DNA of 40,454 nucleotides from a virus (Duplodnaviria > Caudoviricetes), in IMG/VR virus record IMGVR_UViG_3300025529_000015, positions 1 to 40,454 of that record; one strand, written 5' to 3'. The notes under the pieces were generated by a model. The model had not been told where the DNA came from. It ran no database searches and saw only the letters and a list, made by a program, of their open reading frames with translations. Each line of letters begins with the position of its first letter. The first letter of the stretch is position 1. Positions 35,818 to 40,454 of the stretch are shown in pieces. A program made the position numbers and the translations under genes.

Positions 35818-37005
35818 ATGGGAGCATTTGGAGGGCTTATTTTAACCAATAAGGGTCGCAATCTACAAGTGAAGGCACAAACAGGAGTGGAACTTCATTT
35901 TACCCGCATTGCAATTGGTGATGGGGACTTAGGAGGTTCATCCGTTCTTGAGTTGAACGCTCTGAAAAACGAAAGAAAATCATTAGAAATTACAAAGCTA
36001 AAGGTTTTAACTGGAGGACAAGCGGTTGTCGGGTCCGTTTTAAATAATCAAGATATCACGGCAGGCTTTTATTTTAGAGAAATCGGTGTTTTTGCCACAG
36101 ACCCCGATGTCGGAGAAATTTTGTATTGCTACGCAAACGCTGGATCCACAGCTGATTACATACCTGCTGGATCAGGTGGCAGTACTGATTTAATCGAAAA
36201 GACAATTGATATTGTGACGCTGGTTGGAAATGCTGCGAACGTAACGGCGACAATTAACGAATCGCTAATATATGAGACTCCGGAAAGAGCTCAAGAAAAA
36301 GCCGATCAAGCCGAACAGAATGCGAAGGAGTATGCAGATCAACAACTTGCTGCGCATTCTGCTAATACAACTATACACATTACATCAGCGGAAAGAACGG
36401 CTTGGAATCAGGCGGAATCCAACGCAAAAGCATACACCGATCAACAACTTGCTACACATACGGCTGATTCTACAACAGGGGCGCATAAAGCGAAAAATAT
36501 AGCTGTAGAAGATGCAAACAATCATTTCACAGGAACGGATGTCGAATCCGTATTAAACGAACTTTTTACATTTGCCAATGATGGCAAAACAGCCGTAGCC
36601 AATGCGATTACGGCAAAAGGTGTTTCTGCGGACCCGACGGAAACATTTGCGTCATTGGCAACAAAAATCGGGCAGATTAGTACAGGCAAGAAGTGGGCGG
36701 TCGTTTCGGTTCCCGGGTACAGTAAAGGGTCAGTAATACCAATAACCGGTTTAGGGTTTAGACCTTCTATTTGTATCTTTAGACATACAGGTAACTACGG
36801 GGTGGGCGGTTCATATATTGGTGCATCTCGTGGTGTCACCGTGACGACTTACGGGACAACTCACTATTCAGTTTTTTCTAATGTTTCGGGTCTGCAACTA
36901 TACCTGCGAAATGTCACTGACGATGGATGTGATGTATATGTTGGTGGTGATGGGTCAAGTTTTGATATGCTATCGGTCAGCGGAACTGCCTATTTATTTA
37001 GTTGA
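35818..37005 (+). CDS. Tail fibre protein
   Basis: LTNKGRNL, FYFREIGVFA N-terminal attachment domain; internal repeat; variable beta-rich C-terminus after TGKKWA. Confidence 0.88.
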   Translation: MGAFGGLILTNKGRNLQVKAQTGVELHFTRIAIGDGDLGGSSVLELNALKNERKSLEITKLKVLTGGQAVVGSVLNNQDITAGFYFREIGVFATDPDVGEILYCYANAGSTADYIPAGSGGSTDLIEKTIDIVTLVGNAANVTATINESLIYETPERAQEKADQAEQNAKEYADQQLAAHSANTTIHITSAERTAWNQAESNAKAYTDQQLATHTADSTTGAHKAKNIAVEDANNHFTGTDVESVLNELFTFANDGKTAVANAITAKGVSADPTETFASLATKIGQISTGKKWAVVSVPGYSKGSVIPITGLGFRPSICIFRHTGNYGVGGSYIGASRGVTVTTYGTTHYSVFSNVSGLQLYLRNVTDDGCDVYVGGDGSSFDMLSVSGTAYLFS

Positions 37006-37031
37006 AAACAATTGCGAAAGGAGATGGCGCT

Positions 37032-37163
37032 GTGAAAATAGGCAGTAATTTAACATATGAAGCCCGCATACAGATTCAATCTAATGGGTTTACTTATTCT
37101 ACAGGTATGCCTGGCAGTTCTACACCTTCAAGAAATACAGTTACTTGGTGAGCTTTTGAATAA
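37032..37163 (+). pseudogene. Chimeric remnant: chaperone-like start fused to a tail-fibre-like C-terminus
   Basis: RBS AAAGGAG, GTG-KIG..., SNGFT...TVTW*AFE*. Confidence 0.45.
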
Positions 37164-37174
37164 GGAGGATAAAT

Positions 37175-37549
37175 ATGATTAATAAAATTGGTCGCAGATT
37201 ATATTTTGAAGTTGCAACAGGAAATATTTTAGTTGACACAGGTGAAAAAATCGGCTATGTAGTACAAACTACTGTAGAAGAAGATATTGCTTCATATAAA
37301 GTTTTATCAGAAAGAAATAGAAATACATTTGATCATATCGAATTACCTTATGGTGCATATGCTCAAGACTTTGCAGAATGTAATGGATATAGAGTAAATC
37401 CTGAAACAAAGGAATTAGAGTTTTCATATCCGGATCCAAGCGCTCCGGAGCAAGAGGAGCCTGTTTATCAGAAGCCGTTGTCCGAAGAACTTAAAGAAAC
37501 AAAACAAGCTATTGCTGAATTAACATTATTAATTACAGGAGGAATGTAA
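37175..37549 (+). CDS. Tail-fibre-associated protein
   Basis: KIGRRLYFE..TGNILVDTGE, YRVNPET..LEFSYPDP; RBS AAGGAGG. Confidence 0.75.
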   Translation: MINKIGRRLYFEVATGNILVDTGEKIGYVVQTTVEEDIASYKVLSERNRNTFDHIELPYGAYAQDFAECNGYRVNPETKELEFSYPDPSAPEQEEPVYQKPLSEELKETKQAIAELTLLITGGM

Positions 37550-37550
37550 A

Positions 37551-37688
37551 ATGACATTTACTGAAAACAGTGGATTAGTAAAAGTATGGGTGAGTTTAGT
37601 ATTGGCAGGAATATATACAGTGGATCAAGTACCACAATTAAGTAATTTAAGAGATGTCGTTACGTCAGTCATTAATAGCATGAAATGA
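37551..37688 (+). CDS. 45-aa protein (XkdX/CD1375-like), not in ORF track
   Basis: RBS AGGAGG; VKVWVSLVLAGIYTVDQVP..LRDVV. Confidence 0.7.
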   Translation: MTFTENSGLVKVWVSLVLAGIYTVDQVPQLSNLRDVVTSVINSMK

Positions 37689-37710
37689 CGAAAACGACAT
37701 TGCGACACGA

Positions 37711-37739
37711 ACACCACTGAAAAGTAGGTGTATTTTTTT
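37711..37739 (+). terminator. Intrinsic terminator before lysis genes
   Basis: ACACCACT-GAAA-AGTAGGTGT plus T7. Confidence 0.6.
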
Positions 37740-37759
37740 ATGTTTTAAATCAGGGGGTA

Positions 37760-37984
37760 ATGTCATTGGACGCAACATTAACGCAATATTTTCTAACTCA
37801 AGGACCATTCGCGGTCCTTTTTGTGTGGCTTTTATATTCCAGTCGCAAGGAGGCAAAGGAGAGAGAAGAACAACTTTATCAGACCATAGATGATCAGAAC
37901 GAGGTGTTGAAGGGATTCAGCGAAAAATATGACATCATCATTACTAAATTGGGAGACATTGAGGACCGTTTACCGCCAAAATAA
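37760..37984 (+). CDS. BhlA/UviB-family holin-like protein
   Basis: FLTQGPFAVLFVWLL...REEQL. Confidence 0.88.
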   Translation: MSLDATLTQYFLTQGPFAVLFVWLLYSSRKEAKEREEQLYQTIDDQNEVLKGFSEKYDIIITKLGDIEDRLPPK

Positions 37985-38020
37985 CGGTATTTTTTCGTGT
38001 CTTGAAGGGAGGTGACTTAC

Positions 38021-38260
38021 ATGAAAATGGACAAAGGAACTGCGATAAGAACCATTGTATTAGCCATAGCTTTATTGAATCAGTTTTTAGTCAGTTTGGG
38101 GTTATATAAGATTCCCGGAACGGAGGAAGAACAAACTGCTTTTCTTTCCACTGTTTTTACTTTTATCTCAGCGACTGTAGCATGGTTTAAAAATAACTAT
38201 GTAACTCAAAAGGGGAAAGCTCAAAAAGAGGCATTGCAACGACAAGGATTAACGAAATAG
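38021..38260 (+). CDS. SPP1-family holin
   Basis: DKGTAIRTIVLAIALLNQ, WFKNNYVT; RBS GGGAGGTG; Met-Lys-Met start. Confidence 0.9.
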   Translation: MKMDKGTAIRTIVLAIALLNQFLVSLGLYKIPGTEEEQTAFLSTVFTFISATVAWFKNNYVTQKGKAQKEALQRQGLTK

Positions 38261-38291
38261 GGCAGCGGCTTAAAGGTCGGTGCTCTTTTTT
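38259..38291 (+). terminator. Terminator-like hairpin between holin and endolysin
   Basis: AGGGCAGCGGCT-TAAA-GGTCGGTGCTCT plus T tract. Confidence 0.5.
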
Positions 38292-38312
38292 AATAAGGAG
38301 GGATAAAAGAGA

Positions 38313-39161
38313 GTGGGAAAAATCGTTGATCTTTCTTATTGTCAAACCAATGTGGATTACGCAAAGTTCGCCAAAGAGGTGGACTTTGCAATTCTCCGCG
38401 TTCAGTATGGCAGCAATAAAATGGACAAGGAATACAAAAATCACGTCGCTGGCTGCAAAAAATATGGTGTTCCATTTGGGACTTATGCCTATGCTCAATT
38501 TGTCAGCGTAAACGACGCTAGAGTGGAGGCAGATGACGCTTTTGAGAGAATGGACAAGGATTCAAAGTTTTTTGTCATTGATGTTGAAGAAGTCACAACA
38601 AAAAAGGCATCCGACCTTGTACCGGCCACCCAAGCTTTCATTGATCGGATGAAGGCTCATGGAGTGGAAAAAGTCGGGCTATATACTGGTCACTCTTTCT
38701 ATTTCGATCACAAAATGGACCAAGTGAGGGCCGATTTTTTATGGATTCCTCGCTATCCGAAGGAAGATAAAGGACAATCTACTGGTTTGAAACCATCTAT
38801 GCAAGCTGATCTCTGGCAATACACTCAAAACGGAAGAATAGCAGGTATCAACGGACCTGTTGACTTAAATCAGCTTGTTGGGAAAAAGACATTGGACTGG
38901 TTCATCGGAGGACAAGCACAAACAGCAGCCACTACACAGAACAATACAAAGAATGGAGGAATTAGAATGTATCAACCATCTAATACTGAATTAATGAATG
39001 CCACTTTACGAGTGCTTGGGAGACTATCTCAGAAAGACCCAAACGGAATCAGTAAAGATTGGTATACAAAGGCTCAAAAAGGGGAAATTCCTTTGGATGA
39101 TGTTGTTGGATTGCTTTATGTAGCTTTAGATCGCGAATTGATTCAGGGTAGCGGTAAGTAA
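38313..39161 (+). CDS. Endolysin, GH25 muramidase
   Basis: IVDLSYCQ, DVEE, LWIPRY, LWQYT..G.I.GI.GPVDLN. Confidence 0.92.
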   Translation: MGKIVDLSYCQTNVDYAKFAKEVDFAILRVQYGSNKMDKEYKNHVAGCKKYGVPFGTYAYAQFVSVNDARVEADDAFERMDKDSKFFVIDVEEVTTKKASDLVPATQAFIDRMKAHGVEKVGLYTGHSFYFDHKMDQVRADFLWIPRYPKEDKGQSTGLKPSMQADLWQYTQNGRIAGINGPVDLNQLVGKKTLDWFIGGQAQTAATTQNNTKNGGIRMYQPSNTELMNATLRVLGRLSQKDPNGISKDWYTKAQKGEIPLDDVVGLLYVALDRELIQGSGK

Positions 39162-39172
39162 GAAGAAGTAAG

Positions 39173-39200
39173 AAAAAGGCCCTTCTCATGTGAGAGGGGC
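39173..39200. terminator. Terminator between convergent genes
   Basis: GCCCTTCTCA/TGAGAGGGGC stem with A5 upstream (U tract on the minus strand). Confidence 0.65.
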
Positions 39201-39208
39201 ATATCTAT

Positions 39209-40089
39209 TTATTTTTTCAAACTTCTTTTATATTTCTCAGCCTGTTCCACAGTCCAAACAGGAGTAGCAGCTAAAATTTGAACAGGCTCAGGGAGTGGTG
39301 GTCTTACTTTTTGCCCCTCCCGTTGGCGCGAATACTTTGTACTTAATCTTGCTTTATCCCATCCGATAATTTCAGCAAATTCTTTGATGCCAACAAGAGG
39401 GGGAATTACTCCCCCGACAATTTTCCAACCTCATACATGTATTTTGGAACATCCCGACCAATACTTTTCAAATGTTCTTCCACCTCATCCAAATCTTCTA
39501 AAATTTCACCTGTTTCATGAGATCCTTGCCATTGTGACCATTTGTTTAACAAAAATACATCATTGTTTTGAACATCGGATCCGTCCATTTCAAGGACTTT
39601 ATATAACCTTTGATGCTCGCCGATTCCACCGGTAACATGATTTCTTCCATCCCATTCATCGAGATCAACAAACGCTTCAGTGATGACAAGTTCTGTTTCG
39701 GTTGTGTTTTCGTCTAACACAAAAGTTCTAAAATTGTTTCCATCCCACCATTCATAAACCTTGATTGATTCGGCGTCAGCAAGGTTAAAAAATTGCTGCT
39801 CATAACAATCGAAAGCAAGTTTATTTTCGATCACAGGGAATTCGTCGGTCGATGAAACTTCTACATTTTCAAAACCAATGCTTTCAAGGAATTCTTCCAT
39901 TTCATATACATCTTGAATACTTTCATCAAATTCAGAGAACCGTTTTTGCAAATCGTCTGCAGAAACGCCAACATTTTCTATAATAAGAGTCTGATCGCTA
40001 ACCCAAGCTCTTTCCTCAATTTGATCTTTATCAATCAGAAATGCTTCATCATAAAAATCGTTTTTCCAAAGTACTTTTTCCAATTTCAT
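39209..40089 (-). pseudogene. Acidic protein plus C-terminal HTH, frameshifted in C run 39411-39415
   Basis: 227-aa ORF ends LSGE*; one extra G gives LSGGVIPPLVGIKEFAEIIGWDKARL...LPEPVQILAATPVWT...LKK*. Confidence 0.65.
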
Positions 40090-40105
40090 TGTTTATTCCT
40101 CCCGA

Positions 40106-40447
40106 TTATAGACTTTCAGATACTGCTTTTTCTTTACTTTCAGCGATTTTGCGATATGCTTCTACTTTCGACCAAGCTGCTTTCATAATTTCATCTTTCA
40201 TGTATTTCACAACATCATCAGATGCACGTGAAAGGTCTTTTCCAATAAAGTCATAGCAAATCATTTTCTCTGCTTTCCAGTCATAATACATTTTCCGTGA
40301 CATGCTGCGCATAGCTCCGACTGTTTGTCCAGCCACTTCTTTTAATTCAACTAACTGCATTTTAACTTCTATGTAAAGACGATGTTTTCCATATTTCATC
40401 CAATCGTTAGCGGTAGCTTCTACCACAACATCCTTCACGTTTTTCAA
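40106..40447 (-). CDS. Hypothetical protein, possibly 5'-truncated by window
   Basis: ANDWMKYGKHRLYI; frame remains open to the window edge. Confidence 0.6.
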   Translation of the reverse strand: MKNVKDVVVEATANDWMKYGKHRLYIEVKMQLVELKEVAGQTVGAMRSMSRKMYYDWKAEKMICYDFIGKDLSRASDDVVKYMKDEIMKAAWSKVEAYRKIAESKEKAVSESL

Positions 40448-40454
40448 AACTTTA

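Larger units (their letters stand above)
105..40454. mobile_element. Temperate prophage (lambda-like head, contractile tail), right end beyond window
   Basis: Complete modular order integrase-lysogeny-replication-late regulation-packaging-head-tail-lysis next to a tRNA; no duplicated tRNA 3' end (attR) seen by eye. Confidence 0.95.

Noticed and set aside
36690-37163. Diversity-generating retroelement or shufflon acting on the tail fibre tip
   Set aside because: No reverse transcriptase, no template repeat differing at adenines, and no adjacent invertase or inverted cassettes in the window
39162-40454. attR copy of the tRNA 3' end
   Set aside because: No match to TTCGATTCCTGCCGAGGGCG seen; the boundary probably lies beyond the window

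Overview
The window is almost entirely one temperate prophage of a Bacillaceae-like, low-GC Firmicutes host, integrated at the 3' end of a tRNA-Arg(CCG) gene (33-104). The right attachment site is not in the window. Gene order: tyrosine integrase, S24-type repressor / Cro switch with GTTTCG-N4-CGAAAC operators, Rha antirepressor, replication initiator with internal iterons, DnaC-like loader, SSB, ThyA, dimeric dUTPase, many small early genes, ArpU late activator, a second small tyrosine recombinase followed by a pair of inverted recombinase-like sites, an accessory block (HEPN-like protein, ATP-dependent DNA ligase), a lambda-like cos/terminase/portal/ClpP/gpD/gpE head, a P2-like contractile tail, tail fibre, two holins, a GH25 endolysin and a minus-strand right-end module. 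The most notable signals are the recombinase + paired sites + HEPN cargo locus, a tail-fibre swap scar, internal in-frame starts (endolysin, scaffold, holin), a -1 frameshift in the tail chaperone, and four broken genes (one nonsense codon and three 1-nt deletions that may be sequencing errors). All family calls come from motif recognition and synteny; no database search was run.
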